Shown: in pieces, positions 1 to 10,482 of the stretch | How the letters are laid out: every line of letters starts with the position of its first letter | How positions within the stretch are numbered: the first letter of the stretch is position 1 | DNA from: Candidatus Poribacteria bacterium | GTDB taxonomy: Bacteria > Poribacteria > WGA-4E > WGA-3G | Direction of reading: 5' to 3' | DNA: 64,000 bases | Assembly (NCBI GenBank): GCA_965214095.1 | Contig: OZ243938.1 | Span: 3,712,001 to 3,776,000, forward strand | The notes under the pieces: generated by a model | What the model was told of the DNA's origin: nothing | Database searches by the model: none | What the model saw: the letters and a program-made list of their open reading frames with translations, nothing else | Translations under genes and position numbers: made by a program

Positions 1-2
1 TT

Positions 3-1133
3 TTAGATTTGAGTCGTCTCGCTGCCGAACAGTTGTTGTTGGATAACCAAGAAATCATCATATACAAGAACAATACAGATTACAAAGGACATAGTTACGG
101 ATCGCATGAGAACTACCTGATGTCACGTAAGATTCCGTTTCCGGACATAGTAAACGGTCTGATACCATTTCTCGTTACACGACAAATCATTACTGGCAGT
201 GGAAAGGTAGGCGCGGAAAACGGAGCGGATGAAACCGAATTCCAAATTTCGCAACGGGCAGACTTCTTTGAAAAAGAGGTAGGACTCAGCACAATGGTTG
301 AACGGCCATTGATTAACACTCGCGATGAACCACATGCAGATTCAAAGTTGTATCGCCGGTTGCATGTTATCGTGGGTGATTCAAATATGTCCGAATTCAC
401 TATATATCTGAAGGTTGGTATAACTGCGATCGTTCTGCAATTGATTGAGAAGAGGGTGGTTGGTAAGCAATTTGCTTTACATGATCCTGTAGCGGTGATA
501 AAATCAGTATCTCGGGATTTGTCATGTAAGCATGTCTATGAACTAAAAGATGAGCGCAAATGGACAGCAGTAGAAATCCAGCAGGCATATCTTGAACTTG
601 CACATAAACACCTTACCACTGAAGAACGGACACCTGTAGTGGAAGATGTTTTGGAGAAATGGGAATTTGTGTTAGAAGGTTTGAAATCTGACCCGATGTG
701 TTTAGGACACCATTTAGATTGGGTGATAAAGAAAAAACTGATTGATGCGTATATTACTCGACACGGCTTTAAATGGACAGACCCGCGTATCAGAATGCTT
801 GACCTACAATATCATGACTTGCGTCCAGATAAAGGACTTTATAATCGCTTACAAAAAAATGGCCATGTGGAGCGCATATTAACGCATGAAGAAATAGTTC
901 ATGGGATACAGCATCCCCCATTAGATACACGTGCTTATTTTCGTGGTACATGTCTGCGGAAATTCCCAGATAGTATTCACAGCGTAAGTTGGAATTCAAT
1001 TGTTTTCAACGGTTCAAACGGTTTTGATAAGATAATGATGGATCGTCCACACTTTGGCACCCAAGCGATTGTCGGTGAACTGTTGAATACTTGTACTGTT
1101 GATGAGCTTGTTGACAAAATCCGAAATGACTGA
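3..1133 (+). CDS. dop: Pup deamidase/depupylase Dop (5'-truncated by the window edge)
   Basis: Motifs KNNTDYKGHSYGSHENYL, QISQRADFFE, INTRDEPHAD, RRLHVIVGD and DLQYHD; lies directly upstream of pup; a second, PafA-like paralogue lies downstream. Confidence 0.9.
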   Translation, partial: LDLSRLAAEQLLLDNQEIIIYKNNTDYKGHSYGSHENYLMSRKIPFPDIVNGLIPFLVTRQIITGSGKVGAENGADETEFQISQRADFFEKEVGLSTMVERPLINTRDEPHADSKLYRRLHVIVGDSNMSEFTIYLKVGITAIVLQLIEKRVVGKQFALHDPVAVIKSVSRDLSCKHVYELKDERKWTAVEIQQAYLELAHKHLTTEERTPVVEDVLEKWEFVLEGLKSDPMCLGHHLDWVIKKKLIDAYITRHGFKWTDPRIRMLDLQYHDLRPDKGLYNRLQKNGHVERILTHEEIVHGIQHPPLDTRAYFRGTCLRKFPDSIHSVSWNSIVFNGSNGFDKIMMDRPHFGTQAIVGELLNTCTVDELVDKIRND

Positions 1134-1214
1134 AGTGAATCTTGTTGAATAGGAATTATGTTCATTATTTATAGATAAAGGTTATTCGTAACCGTAATTG
1201 TAAAGGAGCACACA

Positions 1215-1412
1215 ATGCCACGCGAAAAACAGCAAGAATACCGCGATCACCCCACCAATGAAAGTGAGGAGATCCAACCAAATCCAGAAATCAATGAAAA
1301 CGTTGATGATATAACGGATGATTTAGATGCCCTTCTTGATGAAATTGATGAAATTTTAGAAGAAGATTCGGAGGAATTTGTCGAGAACTATATCCAGCGG
1401 GGAGGTCAATAG
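1215..1412 (+). CDS. pup: Prokaryotic ubiquitin-like protein Pup
   Basis: 65-aa acidic protein ending LLDEIDEILEEDSEEFVENYIQRGGQ; AAGGAG RBS; sits between dop and prcB. Confidence 0.95.
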   Translation: MPREKQQEYRDHPTNESEEIQPNPEINENVDDITDDLDALLDEIDEILEEDSEEFVENYIQRGGQ

Positions 1413-1414
1413 GA

Positions 1415-2206
1415 TTGCTCAAACCCGATGACTATGGCACGACCGATTTCTTACAGATCCTGAAGAGCAGATATCCCGATCAGGTTGCAGACTGGAACCG
1501 TCTCAATAAGGTGCAAGATGACTTTCCACACAATTATTTGGAAGGTACTACTGTCCTCGCGCTTGTCTATGATGCTGGTGTGATTGTTGCAGGAGACCGT
1601 CAAGCAACTGAAGGATATCAAGTAGGTGAACGTCGCATTCAAAAAGTGTTTAAGATTGACAGACACTCTGCAATTGCTGTTGCAGGTGTTGCGGGTCCCT
1701 GTTTTGAAACTGCTAAACTCTTCCAAGTCCAAGTTGAATTTTACGAAAAGATGGAAGGGGTGTCTCTAAGTCTAGATGGACAAGCGAACTATCTTTCAAG
1801 CCTTGTTAGAATGAATTTGAGTTTAGCTATGCAAGGTCTGATTGTCCTTCCGATTTTTGCTGGATACGATTTAAAACAGAAGAAGGGACGAATCTTTAAA
1901 TATGATGCTCTCGGTGGACGTTACGAGGAAGACACCTATTATTCCATCGGTTCTGGTGGTAAAGATGCACGTTCTACCTTAAAAAAGATGTATCGCCCTG
2001 ATATGTCTGAACAAGATGCTCTAACAGCGGTAGCAGAGGCATTATGGGACGCTGCGGATGAGGACATTGCAACGGGTGGTCCCGATTTGATTAGGAAGAT
2101 ATTTCCTACGTTGATTTCCATTACAGAACAAGGTGTTTCAGATGTTTCGGATGAGACTGTAGCCGGATTGTTTGAGGCATTGATTTCCAGATTGGAACAA
2201 AGATAA
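1415..2206 (+). CDS. prcB: 20S proteasome beta subunit
   Basis: Propeptide followed by G/TTVLAL (catalytic Thr), AGDRQAT, GSG and D-ATGG motifs; TTG start. Confidence 0.93.
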   Translation: MLKPDDYGTTDFLQILKSRYPDQVADWNRLNKVQDDFPHNYLEGTTVLALVYDAGVIVAGDRQATEGYQVGERRIQKVFKIDRHSAIAVAGVAGPCFETAKLFQVQVEFYEKMEGVSLSLDGQANYLSSLVRMNLSLAMQGLIVLPIFAGYDLKQKKGRIFKYDALGGRYEEDTYYSIGSGGKDARSTLKKMYRPDMSEQDALTAVAEALWDAADEDIATGGPDLIRKIFPTLISITEQGVSDVSDETVAGLFEALISRLEQR

Positions 2207-2223
2207 CTCCCCAACTTTTATGA

Positions 2224-2330
2224 TATAACGGTAAATTATTGAATTAATTCTACACATTGATCAGACGAGGTTAGGAAACCTCGCCTACCGTTGATAGAAA
2301 ATGTAGATATAATTATATGCTTCACCATAG
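2224..2330. repeat. REP-like palindrome (GACGAGGTTAGGAAACCTCGCCTAC) inside imperfect AT-rich terminal inverted repeats
   Basis: Core hairpin 2263-2290; the same family occurs at 19005, 30610, 43327 and 57301. Confidence 0.75.
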
Positions 2331-2343
2331 ATTAGAGGAATAA

Positions 2344-3054
2344 ATGTCAACCCCTTATTACGTTTCACCTGACCAGATTTGGGAAGATAAAAAGGTATTT
2401 GTTGATCGCGGCATAGGACAAGCAAAGGAGGTGGTTGTTTTAGAATATAACAACGGTCTCCTGATGGTAGCAGAGAACCCGCGAAGAACTATATTCAAGA
2501 TTTCAGAAATATATGATAGGATAGCACTTGCTTCTACTGGTCGTGTTTCGGAATATGAAACACTGCGTGTAATCGGTATTCGTGAGGCAGAGGTGAAAGG
2601 ATATACCTATTACCGAGAAGATGTGACAGGTAAATGGTTGACGAACCTATATTCACAACACATGATGGCAATTGCACAAGCGTGGGATGTAAAGCCGTTG
2701 GAGATTGAACTACTCGTCTGTGAAGTGGATGGAGAACCGGATGTGAGAAGCCAGATATACAAGATCGGATTTGATGGGACTTATGAGGAAATGGAGAATT
2801 TCGCAGTTATAGGAGGAAGAGCAGAAGCCATAACCGAGAAACTAAATGAGACATACACAGAGGGGTTGGACTTAACCGAAGCGATGCAACTTGCATCAGA
2901 CACTTTTGAATCTATTGAAGTAGAAGAGTCAGAACCGTATCAGATAACACCGCAATCCATTGAAGTAGGGTGTCTGGATGCGACTTATGAACGTCGTAAG
3001 TTTCGTCGTTTCACCGTTGAAGAGATAGTAGAGATATTTAACCATGCATCGTAG
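2344..3054 (+). CDS. prcA: 20S proteasome alpha subunit
   Basis: N-terminus PYYVSPDQ, KISEIYDRIA motif, LDAT..RRKFRR tail; follows prcB. Confidence 0.92.
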   Translation: MSTPYYVSPDQIWEDKKVFVDRGIGQAKEVVVLEYNNGLLMVAENPRRTIFKISEIYDRIALASTGRVSEYETLRVIGIREAEVKGYTYYREDVTGKWLTNLYSQHMMAIAQAWDVKPLEIELLVCEVDGEPDVRSQIYKIGFDGTYEEMENFAVIGGRAEAITEKLNETYTEGLDLTEAMQLASDTFESIEVEESEPYQITPQSIEVGCLDATYERRKFRRFTVEEIVEIFNHAS

Positions 3055-4405
3055 AATTTACGGATTGGAAACCGAATACGGCATAATCTGTACCCCAGAT
3101 AAGAACAGAGGAAAAAAACTTACTGTACAGAATGTTGTCATGTATCTGTTTCGTGAAATCATTTCGGGGCGTATGTATCCCGATGTGTTTTTGGAGAACG
3201 GTGCAAGATTTTATCAAGATATAGGATGCCATCCGGAATATGCTACACCAGAATGTGATGATGTTATTGAACTTGTTGCACACGATAAAGCGGGAGAACG
3301 TATTGTCACACGTCTCGCTACCACAGCAGAACGTAGAATGCGGACAGATGGATTTCGAGGAAAAATCTCCATCTTCAAAAACAATTTAGATACAGTTGGT
3401 AATACTTACGGCTGTCATGAAAACTACCTGATGGAACGCGAAAAGGTGAGTTTTCGGCAGTTAGCATCACAACTCATACCATTTTTTGTCACCCGGCAAA
3501 TATATTCAGGTGCAGGCAAAGTTAAACGAAGCGACCAAGGCTTCTATGAGATTTCTCAGCGTGCACAACATATCCGAGAAGAAATATCTATTGCGACAAC
3601 AACTGCACGTGGTATTATCAACACGCGAGATGAACCCCACGCAGACAGAGAAAAATATAGACGATTGCACGTCATCGTTGGCGATTCCAATATGTCCGAA
3701 TTGTCCACGTTTTTGAAAGTTGGCACGACAGGCATTATCCTACGAATGATAGAAGATCATTTCATTACCGAACGATTCGCACTCCGCAATTCTGTACAAG
3801 CTATTCATGATATTTCAGAGGATATATCGTGTAGACGTTTAATTGAGCTTGAGAATGGCAAACGTCTATCTGCTATTGAACTTCAATGGCAATACTTTGA
3901 ATGCGCGAAACGGTATCTTGAACAAGCAGAATCTGATCCTACTACAGATGAGGTTATGTCGCGCTGGGAATATGTAATGACACGGCTGGAGAAGGATCCG
4001 ATGCAATTGGACCGTGAGCTTGATTGGGTTATCAAGCGAAAGTGGCTTGAGGCTTATGTCAGCCGTAGTTCGGTAGACTGGAATTCTGCCGAAGTGAGAC
4101 GTTTAGATTTGGAATACCATAACATACGTCAAGATGCCAGTGTCTATTATAAAGCAGAAAAGAGAGGATTAACGGAAAGGATTTTAGATGAAAACCAGAT
4201 TCGCCAAGCGATGCATGTGCCACCACAACGCACTCGTGCAAAGTTTCGTGGAAGGTTTATCAAACTTGTAAATAATGGTAAAGTCTTGTGCGGTGTTAAT
4301 TGGAGTTATATCCAATTGTATGAACCGTATCAGAAACTATATTTATCTACGGATCCACTTGAACCAGAATTTGAAGAAGCGAGTAGAATGATTTATTCTA
4401 TATAA
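3044..4405 (+). CDS. pafA: Pup--protein ligase PafA
   Basis: RRIYGLETEYG, FLENGARFYQDIGCHPEYATPEC, GCHENYL and RRLHVIVGDSNM motifs. Confidence 0.92.
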   Translation: MHRRIYGLETEYGIICTPDKNRGKKLTVQNVVMYLFREIISGRMYPDVFLENGARFYQDIGCHPEYATPECDDVIELVAHDKAGERIVTRLATTAERRMRTDGFRGKISIFKNNLDTVGNTYGCHENYLMEREKVSFRQLASQLIPFFVTRQIYSGAGKVKRSDQGFYEISQRAQHIREEISIATTTARGIINTRDEPHADREKYRRLHVIVGDSNMSELSTFLKVGTTGIILRMIEDHFITERFALRNSVQAIHDISEDISCRRLIELENGKRLSAIELQWQYFECAKRYLEQAESDPTTDEVMSRWEYVMTRLEKDPMQLDRELDWVIKRKWLEAYVSRSSVDWNSAEVRRLDLEYHNIRQDASVYYKAEKRGLTERILDENQIRQAMHVPPQRTRAKFRGRFIKLVNNGKVLCGVNWSYIQLYEPYQKLYLSTDPLEPEFEEASRMIYSI

Positions 4406-4499
4406 ATAGTCATGAGCAGTCTGTGATCGGCTAAATTCTGGATCATACTGTACTATACATGGTTTCAGAAAGCCGGCAAATTATAACAGGAGGAATTTA

Positions 4500-7133
4500 A
4501 TGTCACAACCAAAGTATGTTTACTTCTTTGGAGGCGATGAATCCGAAGGAAATGCAACGATGCGTCTCCTTCTCGGTGGGAAAGGTGCAAATCTTGCTGA
4601 AATGTCTACTCTCGGCATTCCAGTACCACCAGGATTCACCATCTCCACTGAAGTATGCAAATTCTATTATGATCACAATAATAAGTACCCGAGTGGTCTT
4701 GACCAACAGATAACCGAAAACATTCAGAAATTGGAAGATGTACTTGATGCGAAGTTCGGTGATACTGAGAATCCGATGCTTTTGTCAGTTCGTTCAGGTG
4801 CTGCAGTTTCAATGCCCGGTATGATGGACACAATCCTAAATCTCGGTTTGAATGATGATGCCGTGAAAGGACTCATTAATAAGTCTGGTAACGAAAGGTT
4901 TTCTTACGATGCATATCGTAGATTTGTTCAGATGTTCGGTAACGTAGTGTTAGATGTTGACCACGACGCGTTTGAACACCTACTTGAAGAAAAGAAAAAA
5001 GATAAAGGTGTTACATTAGATACTGAATTAGATGCATCCGATCTGTCAGACCTTGTCAAAGAATTCAAGACTATCATCAAGCAGAAAACGGGTAATGATT
5101 TTCCGGATGAACCCCGTCGACAGTTAGACATGGCACGTGATGCTGTGTTTGAATCTTCCGGTAATCCACGTGCAATTACGTACCGCCGAATCAACGATAT
5201 ATCTGAAGAGCTTGGACGTACCGCCGTGAATGTACAGGCGATGGTATTCGGTAACATGGGTGGCAGTTCTGGAACAGGAGTTGCTTTTTCACGGAACCCA
5301 TCTACGGGTGCGAATCAGTTCTACGGTGAATTCTTGATGAATGCACAAGGTGAAGACGTAGTTGCAGGTATCCGAACCCCGTTGCCAATATCTGAGTTGA
5401 GAAATATTAATTCTGAAGCGTACGATGAATTGGTAGGTATTGGTTTAAAATTAGAGAAACACTACAAAGATATGCAGGATGTGGAGTTCACAATTCAAGA
5501 TGGTACGCTTTATATGCTTCAAACACGGAATGGTAAACGCACAGGTCAAGCTGCTGTTCGTATCGCCGTAGAGATGGTTGAAGAAGGTTTGATAGACAAA
5601 GAAACCGCATTGACACGTGTTCCTGCGAATGATTTGGATCAATTATTACATCCAAGTGTTGACCCTGACGCATCTGTTGAGGTGATTGCTCAGGGATTGC
5701 CAGCATCACCGGGTGCTGCGCTTGGTAAAGTCGTCTTCACAGCACTGCGCGCAGAAGAAATGGCTGCTAAAGGAGAAAAGGTCATCCTCGTCCGTTCAGA
5801 AACTTCACCAGAAGATATTGGGGGTATGGATGCAGCAGAAGGTATTCTTACCGCACGTGGTGGTATGACAAGTCACGCAGCTGTAGTTGCCCGCGGTATG
5901 GGAAAATGTTGTGTTGCAGGATGTTCTGACTTGTTCATTAATGAAAAGTCATTAGAATTTTTTGCGGGTGGAAATCGTTACGCTGAAGGTGATTTTATCA
6001 CACTCAACGGATCCACGGGAGATGTGCTTAAGGGACAAGTATCACTCATACAACCTGAGCTGAGTGGACAATTCGGTATTCTGATGGAGTGGGCGGATGA
6101 AGTGCGCACGCTTGATGTTCGGACAAATGCCGATACACCCGATGATGCTAAGACAGCCAGAGAATTTGGTGCAGAAGGTATAGGACTCTGTCGGACTGAG
6201 CATATGTTCTTCGGAACTGGAATTGATGCCGTTAGAGAGATGATCCTTGCTGATGATACAATAGAACGCAAACAGGCATTGGCAAAACTGTTAGCACATC
6301 AGCGCACAGATTTCATCGGTATATTTGAGGCGATGGCTGGGTATCCCGTTACTATCCGTACACTTGACCCTCCATTGCACGAGTTCCTACCGAAAAATGA
6401 ATCAGAAATCAAAGAACTTGCTGAAAGAATTAATGTAGATGCACAGAAACTTCATGAACGTGTTGAAGAATTACATGAGTTCAATCCAATGCTTGGACAT
6501 CGCGGATGCCGACTCGGTATCGTCTATCCAGAGATAACCGAAATGCAAGCACGTGCTATATTTGAAGCTGCAGTTGATGTTTCCAAACGCGGTATAAAGA
6601 TTTTGCCAGAAATTATGATACCACTTGTTGGACATATCAATGAGTTCTCATTGCAACGCGAAGTCGTTGTTGACACTGCGGAAAAAGTATTCAAAGAAAC
6701 AGGTTCCCGTGTAGAATATCTTGTTGGGACGATGATTGAACTGCCGCGTGCTGCACTCACTGCAGACAAAATCGCTGCAGAAGCGGAATTCTTCTCCTAC
6801 GGCACAAACGACCTGACGCAAACAACATTTGGCATGAGTCGTGATGATGCTGTGAAATTCCTTGACGATTATGTTAAAAATGGCGTACTTGAATATGATC
6901 CATTCCAAGTATTAGACCAAGAAGGTGTTGGCAGTCTACTGCAAATCGGTTGTGAAAAAGGACGATCCGTACGACCAGAATTGAAGGTCGGTATCTGTGG
7001 GGAGCACGGTGGCGAACCGAATTCTGTGAAGTTCTGTTATGGATTGGACTTCAATTATGTATCTTGTTCTCCGTTCCGTGTACCGATTGCTCGACTTTCA
7101 GCAGCGCAGGCTGTTATTGAATCAAAAGCGTAG
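4500..7133 (+). CDS. ppdK: Pyruvate, phosphate dikinase
   Basis: LLGGKGANLAEM, SVRSGA, GGMTSHAAVVARG (phospho-His), GIGLCRTEHMF and GICGEHGG motifs. Confidence 0.97.
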   Translation: MSQPKYVYFFGGDESEGNATMRLLLGGKGANLAEMSTLGIPVPPGFTISTEVCKFYYDHNNKYPSGLDQQITENIQKLEDVLDAKFGDTENPMLLSVRSGAAVSMPGMMDTILNLGLNDDAVKGLINKSGNERFSYDAYRRFVQMFGNVVLDVDHDAFEHLLEEKKKDKGVTLDTELDASDLSDLVKEFKTIIKQKTGNDFPDEPRRQLDMARDAVFESSGNPRAITYRRINDISEELGRTAVNVQAMVFGNMGGSSGTGVAFSRNPSTGANQFYGEFLMNAQGEDVVAGIRTPLPISELRNINSEAYDELVGIGLKLEKHYKDMQDVEFTIQDGTLYMLQTRNGKRTGQAAVRIAVEMVEEGLIDKETALTRVPANDLDQLLHPSVDPDASVEVIAQGLPASPGAALGKVVFTALRAEEMAAKGEKVILVRSETSPEDIGGMDAAEGILTARGGMTSHAAVVARGMGKCCVAGCSDLFINEKSLEFFAGGNRYAEGDFITLNGSTGDVLKGQVSLIQPELSGQFGILMEWADEVRTLDVRTNADTPDDAKTAREFGAEGIGLCRTEHMFFGTGIDAVREMILADDTIERKQALAKLLAHQRTDFIGIFEAMAGYPVTIRTLDPPLHEFLPKNESEIKELAERINVDAQKLHERVEELHEFNPMLGHRGCRLGIVYPEITEMQARAIFEAAVDVSKRGIKILPEIMIPLVGHINEFSLQREVVVDTAEKVFKETGSRVEYLVGTMIELPRAALTADKIAAEAEFFSYGTNDLTQTTFGMSRDDAVKFLDDYVKNGVLEYDPFQVLDQEGVGSLLQIGCEKGRSVRPELKVGICGEHGGEPNSVKFCYGLDFNYVSCSPFRVPIARLSAAQAVIESKA

Positions 7134-7156
7134 TAGTGTTCTGTCTACACTAATCT

Positions 7157-7241
7157 TGTAGGTCGGGTAGAGGGACGAAACCCGACATGCAGCCATTTAT
7201 CATTAATAAAGTCGGGTTTCGGTGCCTCTACCCGACCTACA
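7157..7241. repeat. GTAG-type REP doublet (inverted pair of hairpins)
   Basis: GTAGGTCGGGTAGAGG...AAACCCGAC followed by its reverse complement GTCGGGTTTC...CCTCTACCCGACCTAC. Confidence 0.8.
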
Positions 7242-7287
7242 ATGTCCGAATGGACACTCCAGTAGACGCAACATATCTGATTTCTAT

Positions 7288-7328
7288 AGGTGTGTGTGTA
7301 ATAAATTACATACACACCTTTTCTTTTA
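7288..7328 (+). terminator. Probable intrinsic terminator after ppdK
   Basis: AGGTGTGTGTGTAAT/ATTACATACACACCT hairpin followed by a T-rich tract. Confidence 0.6.
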
Positions 7329-7418
7329 TATTTATTGCCACATTAGAAAATCAGTTGAATTTCAATATCAAATTGTGGTAAATTGACATGAGAAAAAGAA
7401 ATCATAGGAGAACAAAAA

Positions 7419-7988
7419 ATGAATGCTCAGGAAGTACAACACATCACACCCAACAGTCTTCCACCTGATATTCCACAGATGACATTGGAGGAGTTCCTTG
7501 AAAGTGATTTAGAGGGATATGAATATATAAAAGGAGAATTAATTCCAATGGCACCAACATCTGTTGAACACGGTGACATTAGTATGAACTTAATTACACC
7601 ATTAAACTTACATGTTCGTGCAAATCAATTAGGTCGTGTGTATGCCCCGGATACAGGTTTTCAGGTTGGAGATAGGTTCCTAATACCTGATATCGCATTC
7701 ATATCAACAGATAAACGTCCTACAGACCGTAGCAAAGCGTTTAAAGTTCCACCAGACCTCGCTATTGAAGTGGTATCTCCCACAGATATATTACGTCGGG
7801 TTGAAGATAAGGTGTTTGCATACCTTGAGGCTGGGACCCAGTTAGTATGGGTGATTAGTCCGGGAGCCAAAACGGTAACTGTTTATCGTTCTGAAACAGA
7901 CATCACGCTGCTCACGCGGAATGACACACTTAGTGGTGAAGAGGTAGTTGCAGGATTTTCCTGTGAAGTTGCAGAACTTTTTGAATAG
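7419..7988 (+). CDS. Uma2 family PD-(D/E)xK endonuclease-like protein
   Basis: YEYIKGELIPM, PDIAFIS, PPDLAIEVVSP and YLEAGTQLVWVI motifs. Confidence 0.9.
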   Translation: MNAQEVQHITPNSLPPDIPQMTLEEFLESDLEGYEYIKGELIPMAPTSVEHGDISMNLITPLNLHVRANQLGRVYAPDTGFQVGDRFLIPDIAFISTDKRPTDRSKAFKVPPDLAIEVVSPTDILRRVEDKVFAYLEAGTQLVWVISPGAKTVTVYRSETDITLLTRNDTLSGEEVVAGFSCEVAELFE

Positions 7989-8102
7989 AACCTATGAATA
8001 GATAGAAATTATCCAACTACAGCAATTAGAAATAGTGATATGATAAATTGAATTGTAAAAGAATTTAGATAAAAGCACAGCAACACATCAAGGAGAACAA
8101 AA

Positions 8103-8672
8103 ATGAATGCACAAGAAGTTCAATACATCACACCCAACAGTCTTCCACCTGATATTCCACAGATGACATTGGAGGAGTTCCTTGAAAGTGATTTAGAGGG
8201 CTATGAATATATAAAAGGAGAATTAATTCCGATGGCACCAGCGTCAGTGGAACATGGTAGGATTAGTGCTAAGTTAACTATTTATTTAGGATCTTATATT
8301 CATGAAAATCGGTTAGGATGTATTGCAGTTTCTGGTACAGGATTCAAGGTTGGTGAACGCGCACTGATACCAGATATTGCATTTATTTCAACTGATCGTA
8401 TCCCAGCTGACAGTAGCAAAGCGTCTCCAGTACCACCAGACCTTGCAGTAGAGGTAGTTTCTCCTTCAGACTCGTCTCATAAAGTTGAAGAAAAGGCATT
8501 TACCTATCTTGAAGAAGGCACCAAATTGGTATGGGTGATTAAACCGACCTCCAAAACCGTAACTGTATATCGTTCTGAAACGGATATTACACTGCTAACA
8601 CAGAATGACACACTAAGCGGGGAAGAGGTAGTTGAGGGATTCTCCTGTCAAGTTGCAGAACTTTTTGAATAA
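8103..8672 (+). CDS. Uma2 family protein, tandem paralogue
   Basis: Same motifs and same length (189 aa) as 7419-7988. Confidence 0.9.
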   Translation: MNAQEVQYITPNSLPPDIPQMTLEEFLESDLEGYEYIKGELIPMAPASVEHGRISAKLTIYLGSYIHENRLGCIAVSGTGFKVGERALIPDIAFISTDRIPADSSKASPVPPDLAVEVVSPSDSSHKVEEKAFTYLEEGTKLVWVIKPTSKTVTVYRSETDITLLTQNDTLSGEEVVEGFSCQVAELFE

Positions 8673-8711
8673 AAAACATAAAATACTGTTCTATAAGAAA
8701 GGAAAACATTA

Positions 8712-9161
8712 ATGTTAATTGCAGATGTAAATGAAATTGAGGGGCGGACATATCCTGCCCGTAGACGCACCAGAAATCTTGTTGGTGGTGCATCCCCTAT
8801 TCAGATAAAGGAATTCAGCATGGGGTTCGTCGTTTTAGAACCGAATGGTGGACAAGTCCCATGGCACAATCACGAACAGGAAGAGATTTACTTTATTGTT
8901 GAAGGTGAAGGGGAAATGTGTCTTGGTGAAGAACGGCAAACGATTTCTGCTGGACAAACAGTTTTTATTCCATCGTGGGTTTTCCACCAGTTGACGAATA
9001 CCAGTGATGCACCTATGCACATGGTCTACTGCTATGGACCAGCAGGAGATGTTGATCATTGGAAACAGGAACTTGCTGGTACACTACCGAAAGCGGGAAT
9101 AGATGTTCCTGCACTCCCAGAAGGTGCAGCACCTCAATGTACGGACAAACCCAAGGATTAG
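8712..9161 (+). CDS. Cupin domain protein
   Basis: PWHNHEQEEIYFIVEGEG and IPSWVFHQLTN cupin metal motifs. Confidence 0.85.
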   Translation: MLIADVNEIEGRTYPARRRTRNLVGGASPIQIKEFSMGFVVLEPNGGQVPWHNHEQEEIYFIVEGEGEMCLGEERQTISAGQTVFIPSWVFHQLTNTSDAPMHMVYCYGPAGDVDHWKQELAGTLPKAGIDVPALPEGAAPQCTDKPKD

Positions 9162-9162
9162 T

Positions 9163-9298
9163 TATACCAATTCTAAAAATAAAGTTGCATTATGAGATTT
9201 ATTAGGCATTGTGAATGTCCGAGGCGCAATGAATTGCGCGGCTACAAGCGCGTTTTTTCTTAATGTGAAGTGTAATGTTAATTTTAGATTTTACTATA
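9163..9298. repeat. MITE/REP-like element with internal GGCGCAATGAATTGCGCGGCTAC palindrome
   Basis: Imperfect terminal inverted repeats; the core recurs at 44544-44570. Confidence 0.65.
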
Positions 9299-9312
9299 AA
9301 TAAGGATTATTA

Positions 9313-10482
9313 ATGACCAACCATACCCCTAATACACATCGTGTGGGAATCATAATGAATGGTGTCACAGGTAGGATGGGAACAAATCAACACCTCATCC
9401 GTTCTATTTTATCCATTGCAGAAGATGGTGGTATCCCAATTGGTGATGGCGATGTGATTATGCCTGACCCATATCTTGTTGGGAGAAATCCAGCGAAACT
9501 TGAGAAACTATCTGAATCCACAGGTGTGGAAAAGTGGAGCACAGACCTTGACGTTGCCCTCGCTGATGATAACTATTCTGTCTATTTTGACGCACAAGTT
9601 ACATCGCTACGAGTGAAGGCAGTGCAAGCAGCGATTTCAGCTGGAAAACATATCTATTGTGAAAAACCAACTGCAACCAGCACAGATGATGCATATTCAT
9701 TATATGAACAGGCTGCAAAAGCAGGACTGAAAAACGGTGTTGTTCAGGATAAACTTTGGTTGCCGGGAATTCAGAAATTGAAACGTCTGATTGATGCTGA
9801 TTTTTTTGGTAGAATCATCGCTGTTCGTGGTGAATTCGGATATTGGGTTTTTCAGGGGGATGCAATTCCGACACAACGTCCATCATGGAACTATCGATCA
9901 GAAGATGGTGGTGGAATAATCCTTGATATGTTTAGTCACTGGCGATATGTTTTGGACAATCTATTTGGGGCAGTGAAAGGTGTTTCTTGTATTGCTACGA
10001 CACATCTACCGCAACGATGGGATGAGTCTGATGAGATGTATGAATGTACTGCGGAAGATGCCGCGTATGCTACCTTTGAAATAGAAAATGGTATAATTGC
10101 ACATTTTAACTCATCATGGGCAGTACGGGTAAGACGTGATGATCTGTTAACGATACATGTGGATGGCATAAATGGTTCTGCTGTTGCTGGATTGAGAGAT
10201 TGTTGGATTCAACCGATCTCTGGCACACCGCGTCCTGTCTGGAATCCCGATATTGAACAACCGATTGACTTTTTTGATGGATGGCTCAAAGTGCCAGAAC
10301 AGGAAACCTACGAAAATGCATTCAGGGCACAGTGGGAGTTGTTTCTACGTCATGTTGTTGCTGATGAACCTTTTCCGTGGACACTACTTGAAGGTGCAAA
10401 AGGTGTACAGTTGGCAGATAAAGGTATGGAATCTTGGCAGGCTCGAAAGTGGATAGAATTGCCTGAACTCTCAGCACTATAA
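9313..10482 (+). CDS. Gfo/Idh/MocA family oxidoreductase
   Basis: Rossmann GVTGRMG, AGKHIYCEKP and GGGIILDM motifs. Confidence 0.9.
   Translation: MTNHTPNTHRVGIIMNGVTGRMGTNQHLIRSILSIAEDGGIPIGDGDVIMPDPYLVGRNPAKLEKLSESTGVEKWSTDLDVALADDNYSVYFDAQVTSLRVKAVQAAISAGKHIYCEKPTATSTDDAYSLYEQAAKAGLKNGVVQDKLWLPGIQKLKRLIDADFFGRIIAVRGEFGYWVFQGDAIPTQRPSWNYRSEDGGGIILDMFSHWRYVLDNLFGAVKGVSCIATTHLPQRWDESDEMYECTAEDAAYATFEIENGIIAHFNSSWAVRVRRDDLLTIHVDGINGSAVAGLRDCWIQPISGTPRPVWNPDIEQPIDFFDGWLKVPEQETYENAFRAQWELFLRHVVADEPFPWTLLEGAKGVQLADKGMESWQARKWIELPELSAL

Noticed and set aside
1215-1412. UBact rather than Pup
   Set aside because: The sequence fits the Pup helix consensus with a GGQ end and sits with dop, prcBA and pafA.
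7187-7381. Short ORF after ppdK
   Set aside because: It spans the REP doublet and terminator and has no protein features.
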